Shown one piece after another: positions 1 to 11,139 of a stretch of DNA of 26,856 nt. Under the pieces are notes generated by a model that saw only the letters and a list, made by a program, of their open reading frames with translations, did no database searches and was not told where the DNA came from. Location: NCBI GenBank assembly GCA_008632985.1, contig QPGO01000262.1, forward strand, positions 62,001 to 88,856, given 5' to 3'. The DNA is from Psammoneis japonica. Taxonomy: Eukaryota. A program made the position numbers and the translations under genes. Position 1 is the first letter of the stretch. Every line of letters begins with the position of its first letter.

Positions 1-190
1 CTCATGAAATGTTCAACAACAGCTGTTTCCACTCACACAGTCAATGTTCCTTCTGCTGCTGTGCAGCCGGACAAGAGTGCAGCCTCATGTGACAAGCAAG
101 CACTCGTGAAATGTTCAACAACAACTGCCTCCATTGATGTGGTCAACATTTTTTCTGCTGTGCAGCCAGGCAAGAGTGCAGCCTCATTTG
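1..190. repeat. ~102-bp tandem repeat, about 2 copies, cut by the window start
   Basis: ctcRtgaaatgttcaacaacaRctg...gtgcagccRgRcaagagtgcagcctcat starts at 1 and again at 103. The period is 34 codons, so it may be a remnant of a repeat-protein gene. Confidence 0.75.
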
Positions 191-974
191 TGCTCATGCC
201 CATGTCTTGAGCAAAGCACACCCCACTTTTCCTTGTCCAAAACTTTGCAGCCATGTGCAAAGTTTCGCTTTTTTTGATGTGTTCCAGCCATGCGCAAACC
301 AAAGCAAGCAGAAAAACAACACTTGCACAATTTTCACATGGCCTCTAACTTGCAAACAAGCTTTCACTGCCAAAATTGCAGATTTGTCCAAATTTCAATG
401 TTTTGCAACACTGACAAGACTCACGTCAGTGCTGCAGTGTGTGGTTGTTTGTGTGCGGCCAATGTTTTTTTCATTGCGACAAATGAGTTGCAACACAACG
501 GATGACTTTTGCCAAAATTTTTGAGAACTCATGTGCTGTTGCTGCTCACAGGCTAACACTGGACATTTTTGTGTGCATTTTGTGGTGGTGGTGTGCTTGC
601 ACAAAAATTTCTGCAAGATGAGCAATGGCGCACAGTTGGCATCATTTCCACAGGATGATTTTGTGACAAATGTTCTCTGTGAAGACTTGAGCACCCATGA
701 AAAAATCGCTCATGTGTTCATTCTCCCATCAAACAGAAAAGCCAGAATGGGCAAGCTTTTTTGTGAACAGCCCAAATGTGCAAACCTCATGTGATTTGTG
801 CTCAAATCAGGTTGTTGTTTTCTTGTGCATCACCTGGGACTGGAGCACGTCTTTTCTCCAAAATTTTTGCTGTCTTCCTTTCATGTGTCCCTTTGCTTGT
901 TGCAAGAACACCCATGCTGCATTTCTTCATTTGCTTTCAACTTGCAGCCTTGATTCTTGCCCATTGCTTGCGTG

Positions 975-1354
975 TGCACCATGCTTGAAGAATGAGCACA
1001 AACAAAAGCAGAGCAAAGCACAAAAAGTGAGAATTGTGAGATTGGATTTTGCTCAATCATTTTGGGATTCTCTGAACAGGCTCTCAATGGCCCAAAGCTT
1101 TTGTGCCAGTCCTGCAGACCAAGAGGCCTTTCAGAGAATGTGCTCGTGACAACAGATTGTCTGGGCACGATTGCCATTGACACACAAGATGTCAACATCG
1201 TCAAGCAATTGCACCTGCAATTTTCGACATCCAATCAACTCTGTTTGATCATTCTGTCCATTGCACAAACCCACGATTGACGTGCGATTGAACACAATGC
1301 AATGTTTGAGTCCACACATGCACACATGAAATGTGTGTGACAGTGCATGCTGCG
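975..1354 (-). repeat. 3' LTR of Gypsy-1
   Basis: tgcaccatgcttgaagaa...catgctgcg, colinear with 5659-6038. Confidence 0.9.
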
Positions 1355-1365
1355 TTCACCTCCCC
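1355..1365 (-). other. Polypurine tract of Gypsy-1
   Basis: Minus strand GGGGAGGTGAA directly abuts the 3' LTR, just after the end of integrase. Confidence 0.75.
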
Positions 1366-1380
1366 AATTGCACATTGGAG

Positions 1381-2376
1381 TCATTTGCCAAACGGCGCAA
1401 TGCAACGGACATTGACAGCATCAATGATGTCACCATGTTTGATCTGTGCTGTGCCACCAGTGTGCGCCGTTGTCATCACACATGGTCCAACATGGGGCTG
1501 CTCTAATTTCTGCAAGTCTTTCTCAAGTGGCATCTTCTCTCCTGCTCTGTGTGCGCTGGATTGGTTTCCAGTCTGTGATGTGTTGGACGTCAAATGTCAT
1601 GTCTCTGTCAAAGACCAACTGTCCTGGTGCAGCTTGCATCACAGCATGATGCATGGATCGCACTGCAAATGCCACTGCTGACAATGTTCCAGCGAAAGGA
1701 TCCTCAGCATCCAGAGGTGCATGTTGCAAATCAAATGCACGGATCACATTTCCCAGCACTTGATGCACCCATTCAACAACTGTGTTTGCTTTTGGATTTT
1801 GTGCAGTTGTTGGGGCTTGACTTTGATGCCATGATCATCTTGCACCACATCTTTAAATTGGTGCCCAATGAACTCACTTCCACGGTCGCATGCAATTGAC
1901 AATGGCCAAGGATGCCTGCTCAGCCATGTCCATTCTAACAGCCCAGCTGCAGTTGTGGATTCCTTGCTTGGAATTTCCACAACTTCAAACCATCCGGTTG
2001 CTGGATCTGTCATTGTCAAGCATTTCAGGACCAGGGGTTTCTTCTTTCCCTTGTGACACATTTTGTGTGGTCCAATGAGATCCACACACAGCCATTCCCA
2101 TGACACTGATTCTGCGCACTTGGGAGGCAAATGCCCACATTTCTTGTGTTTCTTTTTGAATTTCTGGCACATCTCACATCTCGACACACATTTTTGCATG
2201 TCTTCACACAAGGCAGACCACCACAAGTGTTGTGAGATTGTTTCTTCTGTTTGATTTGTGCCAGGGTGAAGAAGGTGCGTGTGATGCCAATCTGTCGCTG
2301 CCTTTTGCAATGTCTTCGGAGCGACGATTTTGTCCTTCCTTGTGACATGTGAGCAACCGGTCTTGCTCACCTCCAC
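1381..2376 (-). pseudogene. pol: Gypsy-1 integrase remnant (zinc finger, rve core, GPY/F-like tail), frameshifted
   Basis: WHHTHLLHPG..CEMCQ..HKKCGHLPPK..LCVDLIGP..MTDPATGWFE..WLSRHPWP..DRGSEF; AVAFAVRS..PGQLVFDRD; PHVGPC..NVRCIAPF. Confidence 0.93.
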
Positions 2377-2505
2377 AAAAAGTCTTCACGTGAAATGTCT
2401 TGTTTGACAATTTGGAGAGAATGTCTCTGTCCCATTTTTGTTCAGTGTCAAGAACTTTGCAATTTAATGGAAAGACATTGTTGCAGTGATTTTGGTGGGA
2501 CCTTT

Positions 2506-2900
2506 TCAGCCAACTCTTCTGTGCTGAGGTTTTCCACAGGTTCCATTTTTTTTCACAGCAAGTCGGCCAATTGCATCTGCGACAATGTTCGCCTTGCCTT
2601 TGAGACACATCATTTTGGGGCTGCACTCTTCTGTTGTTAGACACCAATGCACAACTCTGTCCATTGTGAAATTTTCATGTGTGAGAATTTTGTCATCCAT
2701 GTGTGTGTTCATCTGTTGGCCAAACATCATGTTTTGGAACTCTTTTGATGTCTCCGCTGTGGACAACAGCTCCTTTTTCATTGTGGCACAATGCGTCTGT
2801 GCTCCATTCAGCTCGCGGCTGCAGAAGGCAATTGGTTGGTTGTTCTGCATGATGGCCACTCCCAATTGAGAATTGCTTGCACCAGCACATGTCTCAAAGG
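2506..2900 (-). pseudogene. pol: Gypsy-1 RNase H remnant
   Basis: GVAIMQNNQPIAFCSRELNGAQTHC..KELLS..EECSP..KGKANIVADAI matches the Ty3/Gypsy RNase H pattern. Confidence 0.92.
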
Positions 2901-2929
2901 TGAGTTGAAATTCGGGTGTGATGACAGCA

Positions 2930-3770
2930 TCTCTTCATGTCTTCAAAGGCTTTTTGTTCTGTTTGGTCCATTGCCACTTTGCTTGGGTTGAAGCAAGTTT
3001 GGCTGAAGGAGCCAGAACATGAAATCATTGAGGCCACATGTCTCAACAGCAGTTGATCACACTGGCAAAGCGCCACAATTCCTTGCAAGTTTTGGGAGTT
3101 GCGATCACTTGAATCGCTTCCACCTTTTTTGGAATTGGGCTGATGCCATTGCGGGTGACATGAAAGCCCAGACAGCCCACTTCAGGTTTGGCAAAAAAAA
3201 CTTTTTGGCATTGACCTTCAACCCGGCTTGTTCAAGGTGCAGAAAAACCGTCTCAAGCTTTTTGAGGGGTGGTCTTGAAAATCAACTTTTGCAAGGCACA
3301 GTGTGTCATCAGTGCAAGTCCTGACGAACTCCAGACCTGCCATGAGCTCACTCGTGTGCTCTTGGAAAAACATCTGGAGCTCCACAGATTCCCACAGGGA
3401 GTCTGCAGTGCTCATGTTTGCCCCAAGGCATGACATCGTGCACAAACAACGTGCGCGCGGCGTTGGTTTGATGTGACAGTGTCCCATGCTTAAATCAAGG
3501 GACGTTGCATGCATGAAACCTTCAAGTTTCTGCAGCATGTCCTGAATGTTGGGCAGAGGAAATGGAGCATGTGTTGACCTCTCATTCAGCTCACAAAAGT
3601 TGGGCAAAAACCAAGCTCGCACCAATTTTTCTTTGGTTGAAGGTTGGAGCTGCCCATTCAGAACAATTTGTTTTTCTTGAGACCTTCAGCTTGCATGGTC
3701 TTTCAACCTCCTTTCAAGCAGCCACCTCCAAGGCTTGTGGCATGGGAAATGGTTTGGCATGATGTGGGCC
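2930..3770 (-). pseudogene. pol: Gypsy-1 reverse transcriptase remnant
   Basis: NFCELN..PFPLPNIQDMLQKLEGFMHATSLDLSMGHCHI..FQEHTSELMAGLEFVRTCTDD. The catalytic YxDD reads CTDD at 3305-3316. Confidence 0.93.
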
Positions 3771-4049
3771 AGTGTCCATTTCAACTCTGAATCCACTGGT
3801 TTCCCAGTCCATTTGCCTGGGAACCATCAAAAAGGTTTTCAAATCTTTTTAAGAGGAAGTTTAGCTGCTTTTGCTCTTTTGGTTCTGGATGAGCAGCTGC
3901 TGCTGTCACATCGTCAAGGTCAGCAGCGTGACAGTCTGAGCCAAGGATCCGATTGACCCTGTCATTGAGACCAGTCGCAGCACGAGATTTCTCAATGTGG
4001 TTGGCAATCAACTTAAAAACATCGGCGTCAAAGAGTGCATCAACATTCT

Positions 4050-4514
4050 TCACAGGTGTGGTTGCCTTGCATCCTCCCATTTGATCTCTTCATTCAAGAA
4101 GTTCAGTGTTGTTCCAAGACTTGACATTGAGTCGCATCCCACAATCACATCATGATGACTCAAAGAAGAGTGGGCATCATCAACATGTGCTGTTGCTTCA
4201 ATCATCTTGTGTTTGTCAAATTTGGGTGAGGAGAGCTGGATTTTACATCAACAGTCAGTCGCAAAGAGCCCTCCTTTGGTTTCCCAGATTTTGGTGGCGG
4301 ATGTTTTAGCTCTGAGTTTCCGTGTGAATTTGCACAAAATTGTGGTTGATGATGATGTTCTGCTGTCAAGAACAATGCACAGAGGCTCATTTTTTGCTTT
4401 GCCCAATGAGGTGTTCATGCAAGCAATGACCACTGGACTGGTGTGGGTTGCCTTTTGGCCCTTTTTCCAGGCGTTCCAATGTCCAGCAATGCGCAAGACT
4501 CCTTTGCGGTGCAA
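4050..4514 (-). pseudogene. pol: Gypsy-1 aspartic protease remnant
   Basis: CIVLDSRTSSSTTI (LLDSG-like active site) and WETKGGLF, lying between gag and RT. Confidence 0.75.
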
Positions 4515-4515
4515 G

Positions 4516-5622
4516 TCATTCCTCAGAATTGCTGCGCATCATTCTTTCAAACTGACAATTCTCCTCATCAAGGGTGTCAGAGCCACAATCTTTGCTCTTG
4601 CACTTTTCATCATTGTTCGAAGAACTTGTCTTGAGCATTTTTTGAACTGCCTGGACTGCCATGGCATTCAACTCTTCTTTGCGAGCGGCATTTTCGTTGT
4701 CGCGAGGCGACCACATGCAATTGCCATTTGAACGGCGCCATTTTGGATCACGTTCACAGTGTCCACGGTGTTCTTTTGCTGATTTTTTGATTGACCAGCA
4801 CTTGTCTGTGTTGTGAGTGGACATTTTGAATGAAATGCACCACTTCTTGGACTGAGAATTTTCAGCACCATGTTGGTGACCATTTTTGGCACCACGTTTG
4901 GAGCATTCTTGGCTTTTGATCCAGAACTGCTGCTGGTGTCAGCCTTGGCATGAGTGCTGTCAAATGTGTCCTCTGCAACCTCTGGGCACTCCAGAAACTC
5001 AACCAACTCGTCACAGGTGTGTTTCAAAATTTCGAACCTTGGACGGTTGACTTGAGCTGCCACTTTCGAGGTGCAGGATTGAAGAGGATGTCCTTGAGCT
5101 TGTCCTCCTCAATCTTCTGATCCTTCTCAAAGGGAGGATGGAGCTTGGGGTCTTCTTTGACTTCCTGGACCCAAGCAGCAATTTTGCGTGCTTTAGCCAT
5201 GGTCTCTGGCTTGTTGAGATTGCGATGCAAGCAACATTTCTGAACCTGGAGTGCGTTCTTGGGAAACACATGCAGGCATTTCTCGAGGCTTCCTTTGGCA
5301 GATTTGTCTTCAACATTTGCCACGCCATTCTTGAAAGCATGCAGAGCATCTCCTTGCAACAGCATGTGCATGAGACGGAACTTGTCAGCTTGCTTCTTGA
5401 CGTTCTGGCCCACTGAAAGTTGATCACAGCTCTTGAGGAATTTGATGAACTTGGGAACACCCTGCAACTGGCCTTCTTCTTGGGATGAAAACACTGCTCC
5501 ATCTTGAGGCACTGGCTTGGTTTGAGCGTCTTTGGCTTGGAGTTTGATTCCAATGGCTGAGGAACAATTTTCTCCTGCCTCAATGAAGTCTTGGCATCAG
5601 CAACATGAGGTGAAAGCTTCAT
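4516..5622 (-). pseudogene. gag: Gypsy-1 gag remnant
   Basis: ATG at 5622 just inside the 5' LTR. Fragments LLQGDALHAF, VFPKNALQVQK, LVEFLECPE and a degenerate knuckle (H..THNTDKC). Confidence 0.75.
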
Positions 5623-5658
5623 TTTCAACTTGTCACCTTCTGTGGTGTGTGTGCACAA

Positions 5659-6038
5659 TGCACTGTGCTTGAAGAACAAGCATGAACAAAAGCAGAATGA
5701 AGCACAAAAAGTGAAAATTGTGAGATTGGATTTTGCTCAATCATTTTGGGATTCTCTGAATGGGTTCTCAGTGGCCCAAAGCTTTTGTGCCAGTCCCACA
5801 GACTGAGAGGTTTTTTGGAGAATGTGTTTGTGACAACAGATTGTCTGGGTGTGATTGCCATTGACACATGAGATGTCAACATTGTCAAGCAATTGCATTT
5901 GCAATTTTTGACATCCGATCAACTCTGTGCAATCGTTCTGTCCATCGCACGAACCCACGAATGATGTGCGATTGAACATGACATGACATTCAAGTCCATG
6001 TGTGCGCACATGAAATGCACATGACCACACATGCTGCA
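5659..6038 (-). repeat. 5' LTR of Gypsy-1
   Basis: tgcactgtgcttgaagaa...catgctgca, 380 bp, TG...CA termini. Confidence 0.9.
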
Positions 6039-6689
6039 CATGCTTGCTCAGCTTGTTGTTGTGGACATCTTTGTCAGTGTTGCCCAGCCGGCAATGCAGG
6101 CAGCAGCAGCCTCATGTGCCCTCACTGCAAACATTCTGGGCTCAGCTCTGAGCATGGTCTTTGTTGTCAACTTGCTGCCAGCCACATCACTGCCTCCAAC
6201 TTGACCAAGTCTTTCAGTTGCCTGTGCTGCAGACAACTCTGCGTTGACTTGGGCCCTCTGGTGGAGAGTGCAGCCATCCTGAAGAGCTGATGTGCCATCC
6301 ATGTCTTTGATTTTGGCTGCTTTGCTTTCTTTTGATGCTGTCTCTGTTGCCTTCAATGGGTCCACCTCCAGTCAACCCACAAAATGCCTCATTTTGCTGA
6401 GCTCCTTTTTCTGGCATTGCCCAGCATCCCCAAAGGTGTGCACCCTGCCATGAGAAGGGGAGCGCTTCTGTGCAATGCAGCGGGGCTGTCTCTGATGCCA
6501 TTGATGTCTTTTCCTCTCTGGACAATGACACGCCAAAAACAGCAGCTGACGAAGCAACTTCTGGATCCACTCCTGCCATTGCCCTTCTTCCCCGCACCTC
6601 CACTGCAATGCTTGAAGACAACAACCCAATTGACCAACAAAAGAGTGCCCCCCAATGCCGCCATTCTAAAATGTTCCAATGCACAACAT

Positions 6690-6810
6690 GGCAAAAAGTG
6701 CAAAATCGGGAGGGTGCAGAATGTTCAAGGGTGCAAAAAGAGGAATGATGCAAGATGGCAATGGGGGCCAAATGTTCAAGGGTGCAAAATGGCCAAGGGT
6801 GCAAAAAAAG
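6690..6810 (+). repeat. Short degenerate array of the aagggtgcaaaa satellite motif
   Basis: Several agggtgca units, including caagggtgcaaaatggccaagggtgcaaaa, which is identical to units of the large array. Confidence 0.7.
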
Positions 6811-7394
6811 TGTTCCAGCCACACCACATGAATCAAAACGTGCACACAAATGACGCTCGCGCAATTTTTACATTGGCAAGGACATCCTCCAGTTGCACGC
6901 TTTTTTGGCTCAGTGTTTCCTGTCAACAAGGATTGGTTGCACCCAAAGGAAACTGATGATGAAGCTTTTGCTTGGCCTGGAAAAGACTGTCATGAGAGCA
7001 CTTGGTTGCATTGCTCCATGCTGCTTGAAGACCCCAAAGAAGACGCTGATGCACAGCAGCATTGTTTGACAAGGGCGCTTTGAAATTGCACAGAGAGTTG
7101 ATGAGAAAAAGCAAGGCCGACCCAAATGTCATGATGGACATTCCAACAATGGTGGCCTTTGTCTGTGAGTGGTTGAGCAAGGGAAAGAGCTTGAGTGTTT
7201 CGGTCAGAAGATTTGCCACAATGGAAGAGGAGGGACAAGTTGAATTTGTGGATCACAAAGGGACCCTTGTGGCAGAGGAAAGAATCAAGACCTTGCATTC
7301 AAACACCTTTTGCATGAGGTGCAAGGTTGGAAGGAACGTTCACAGCAGCCTGTCTGAGTTGGTGCCAGACATCGTTCTTGTTGAAAATGGCATT

Positions 7395-7783
7395 GATGCT
7401 TTCCAGGTCTAGGTGGGACCTCGCACTGCTGAACTGTGACATCGACAGTTTTTTGAATCGCGTTGCATGTCGCGCACGCACATTTCTACGTGATTTTGGC
7501 GAAATTTTGCATCATTTTACAGTGCAATTGTCAGGCGATCCATTCAACAACTTTTGATGTTTTTTTCTTCTGCGCCATTCTCGAGTGTCCCAAGAATGGC
7601 GCAGGGCAGGCCATTGTCCAAAACTTCAAGTGTGAACAGAGACATGTGTGCCACAAACTTGGCCGTTCATTTCATGTCGAAGACAAATGTGTCCATTGAC
7701 CAGAGTGCAAAACTGCAGAGCTCGCATGTGGAATTCTGCGGGGCAAATGTCACAAAAAGTCCCACCTGGGACTGGAACCCGTC
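7395..7783 (+). mobile_element. MITE copy A (389 bp), TSD CATT
   Basis: catt|GATGCTTTCCAGG...CTGGAACCCGTC|catt. Confidence 0.9.
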
Positions 7784-8192
7784 CATTTGTGAAAAGGCAC
7801 AAGATGATGGTGTGCAGATGACCATTGCAGTTCTTCAAGGTTGGCTCAACAAAGCCCAGCCTGCGGTTGTGGCTGACCAAACATCTGCAGCTGAGGCAGT
7901 GCCGGCACACGAGCCCCTTTTTCATGGACGACAATTCAGCAAGTGGAGCAAGAATTCAAGCGCGCACCAGTTGGTCAACAGGTGCCTGTCAAAGACTGTC
8001 AACACAACGGACAGCAATGAAGAGGCAACACACAAGTTGAAGGCAGAATTCACTGAATTGAACAAACAGTGTGGCACCGTTGCTTGCGCCATTGCTTGCA
8101 TGCAACTGAACAAAAATGTGACTCCAAAGCAGCTGAAGGATGAAATCCACTGCAGGGGGTGCAACACCGACGACGAACTTGATTGCTCAGAT

Positions 8193-8582
8193 GACACGTT
8201 CCAGCCCCAGGCGGGACTCCGTGTGACATTGGGCCCGCAGAATTCTGCATGCGAGCTCTGCAGTGCAAGAATTTAATTGATGCATGTGTTCATCTTCAAC
8301 ATCAAACAAAAGGCCAAGTTTGTGGTGCAATTGTGCCTCTCACCACTCAACGTTTTTGCAAATGTGCCTGCCCCGTGCAATTCTCAAGACATCACAGAGT
8401 CGCGCTGCAACAAAAAATGTCAAAAGTTGTTGGACGGATCGATCAATTGTTGCACCGTAAAATGACACAAAATGTCACCAAAATCACGTGGAAATCTGCG
8501 TGCGCGACATGCGACACGATTCAAAAAACCATCGATGTCACAGTTCAGTGGTGCGAGGTCCCACCCAGACCTGGAACGCATC
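8193..8582 (-). mobile_element. MITE copy B (390 bp), TSD AGAT
   Basis: agat|GACACGTTCCAGCC...CTGGAACGCATC|agat. Confidence 0.93.
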
Positions 8583-10694
8583 AGATGCCGACCCTTTCAA
8601 AATCAAGTTTCGAACTGCCGTCCAACTGGAGCCAGAGCAACTGTGAGGCAAGGCCATGGGGAAATTTGTGTTTGACGAGGATCAAAGTTGCAGCGACTGC
8701 AACAACTTTGACGAGTCCTGCAAGGACCCAAACTCTGCAGAAGAGCATGCAATGATCAAGGCAACACTCATCTAACAGAGTCATTTCAACCACTCCTGAT
8801 GTGAATGCCCAGAGCACAACAAAGGTGGGTTCGACAGAGGCCAGGACATTGATCAGTCTCAAAAAATTGGAGATTTGAGCAGACTGTTGAATCTCAGCCA
8901 TCAGCTGTGCAGCAGCAGGAAAATCGTGAGGTCGACGGTGTTGAGACGAATGGAGTGGAAGGAACTGCTGGTTGGTCAGGCAAGTGGAGCAAAATGGAAC
9001 CAGCGATGGTCCCAAAATGACACACAGTCTGCACCTCACACATCGATTCTGAACATGATGCAGAAAATGACGAGTCGGTTGAATTGAGCAAGACATCATT
9101 TCTGAACATTTCCAAGATGATGAGTGCAAAGACTCAGAAGGAGCCGAGATTCAGGAAGATGTGACAAAAGATCACAGTCAAGGCAAAACGGCTGCAAAAG
9201 AGCCAGAAGCATCAGAAAGCGGTGACAGCAATGCAGCACAAGATGCAGCCAGCGACAAGCTGGAAAAGAAGACATTGCATCTGTGAAACAAATGGGCCTT
9301 GGTGATGGCCAGCAGGCAGAACAAAGCAAGTCTGAAGAGGGGCAGAAGAGATCGTCAGGTGAAGCAATTCAATCAGGTGAGCAAGGCAAAATGGAGCCAG
9401 CCATGGTCCCAAATGGTGCTGTCTTCGTTTCTCACGTCAAACATTTCAAACGCTGTGCAGACAATTGAGAGTCGGTCAAAATGGACCCAGAAATGGACCC
9501 AAATGGCTCACCCCATGCTGGGCAGGACATTTCTGAAAATGTGCAAGATGATGACTCCTTTCCAGCCCAAGAAGACGGTGGTGAGATGCAGGGATTGCAA
9601 GGCAGCATTGAGGATGCAGCCCCTGATTCGGTCAGAGACAAGCCAAGTCAACGACCCAGCGCATCTCTGAAAACACACAAAACCTCAGAGGGTGACCTGT
9701 CTGATGCAGATTCGAAGTGAAGCTGAAGAGGAAAGCCAGGAGGAAGAGGGAAGTGAAGCAGAAGAGGAAAGCCAGGAGGAATTGGAGCAGGAGGATGGGG
9801 AGATGTCAGGCAACAATGATGATGAGAAACGTGGCGACGGCAACAAGAGAGCAAACAAGCAACATCGGCAGGGAGATTGTCAGAAAAAATTTCCCACAAG
9901 AACACTCGTGACGACAACAACAAAGCCAACAAGTAAAGTTGGCTGGAAATGGTGCAAAAGAAATTGCGCAATCATGACAGAGGCACGGAAGGAGTTCCAA
10001 GTGCAGTCAAGCAGGACGAAGTGTCTGAAACAGCAAGCATTGTCAGTGACGGATCTGCTGCGCCAGAGCTCCCTGTTGTCGCCAATCAAAAGGCAGCATT
10101 GCTGCCATGAAGCAAAGGGATCCAGCAATGGCAACCATCGAAACATTTGCCACAGAAAAAGAGCGGGCAAGTGGTCGTCTGTTTTTGGAAAAGACGAGAC
10201 AGGAAGCCAAAGCCAACAGGAGAAAGCAGATTCGGAAAGAAAAGAAAGAGGCAGAGGGCCCCTCTGCTCCACCGAAGTCAAAAAAAATGAGGAGGGTTGT
10301 TGTGAACATGCCCCGCTCCTCTGCAAGAAATCAGAGCAAGAGAAAGAAGGGCTGGAACATCATTTGTGCAAACACAATCACTGCAGATGTTGACATTTGT
10401 GTGTGTGCATCCAGCGCTTCAATTGCTTGTCAAAATGACATTGCAGCTGTTGACAGCAAACCAATGTGTGATCCCAAAACACATCTTTGGCAATGCCAGT
10501 TGTTGGTTGAAATGGGCCCAGCGTTGGTCCCAAATGGCGCAGCCTGCCCATCACCCATCAACCGAAATGGGTCCAGCAAAGGTCCCAAATGGGAGGTCTG
10601 TGCATTGCACGTCGCCATTTTGTGGTCAAAAACATTGATGGATGATGTGTGGACTCTTGCCCCAACCCAAAACCAAACCAAAAAGACGCGTGCA

Positions 10695-10758
10695 CCAACC
10701 CTGACCCCTGGCCCCTGACCCCAACCCTGCCCCCAACCCCAACCCTGCCCCTGCCCCC
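10695..10758 (+). repeat. Degenerate telomere-like (CCCTAA-type) hexamer tract; continues at 15895-15908
   Basis: Units ccctga, ccctgg, ccccaa and ccctgc. Hexamer phase resumes (ccccaa ccccag) on the far side of Gypsy-2. Confidence 0.65.
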
Positions 10759-11113
10759 TGCACTGTGCTTGAAGAATGAGCACAAACGAAAGCAGAACAA
10801 AGTGCGAAAAGTGGAAACATGAGATTAAATTGTGCTCTGTGCTTTTTGGTTTCTCCGAATGAGTTCTCAAAATGGCCCAAAGCTTCTGCACTGCTTCCAC
10901 AGACAAAAGGCCTTTCGGAGAATGCATCTGTGACAACAGATTGTCCAAGTGCGATTGCCATTGACGCGCAAGATGTCAGCATCGTCAATCGATCGCATTT
11001 GCAATTTTCGACTCCCAATCAGCTCTGTGTGATTGTTCTGTCCTTTGTGCACATCCACGACTGTGGCACGATTGACACACAAATGATGTGTGATTGTGGA
11101 CATGCACACTGCA
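10759..11113 (-). repeat. 3' LTR of Gypsy-2
   Basis: tgcactgtgcttgaagaatgag...cacactgca, colinear with 15529-15894 except for a short indel near the end. Confidence 0.88.
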
Positions 11114-11123
11114 CTCGCCTCCC
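11114..11123 (-). other. Polypurine tract of Gypsy-2
   Basis: Minus strand GGGAGGCGAG abuts the LTR, and the adjacent attgcacattggagtcatt is shared with Gypsy-1. Confidence 0.7.
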
Positions 11124-11139
11124 TGATTGCACATTGGAG

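Larger units (their letters stand above)
975..6038 (-). mobile_element. Decayed full-length Ty3/Gypsy LTR retrotransposon (Gypsy-1)
   Basis: Two 380-bp direct repeats enclose gag, protease, RT, RNase H and integrase remnants in Gypsy order. A PPT lies next to the 3' LTR. Flanks CGTG (971-974) and CATG (6039-6042) fit a mutated 4-bp TSD. Confidence 0.95.
6950..10380 (+). pseudogene. Disrupted large ORF of unknown function with a D/E-rich middle and K/R-rich tail, interrupted by two MITEs
   Basis: Removing MITEs A and B plus one TSD each rejoins the frame (..VENGI|CEKAQDD.. and ..DELDCSD|ADPFKIKF..). Downstream frameshifted pieces include EAEEESQEEEGSEAEEESQEE and RQEAKANRRKQIRKEKK. Boundaries are approximate. 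Confidence 0.6.

Noticed and set aside
1355..1600. Chromodomain or env ORF after integrase
   Set aside because: Integrase ends about 15 bp before the PPT, leaving no room for either.
1381..3770. Alternative genetic code explaining Tyr->Cys/His
   Set aside because: TA is also missing from non-coding LTRs, MITEs and the telomere-like tract, and the ORFs are frameshifted relics.
6045..6640. Minus-strand coding-like fragments, possibly continuing at 530-970
   Set aside because: No recognisable motif, and open frames carry little information where stops are depleted.
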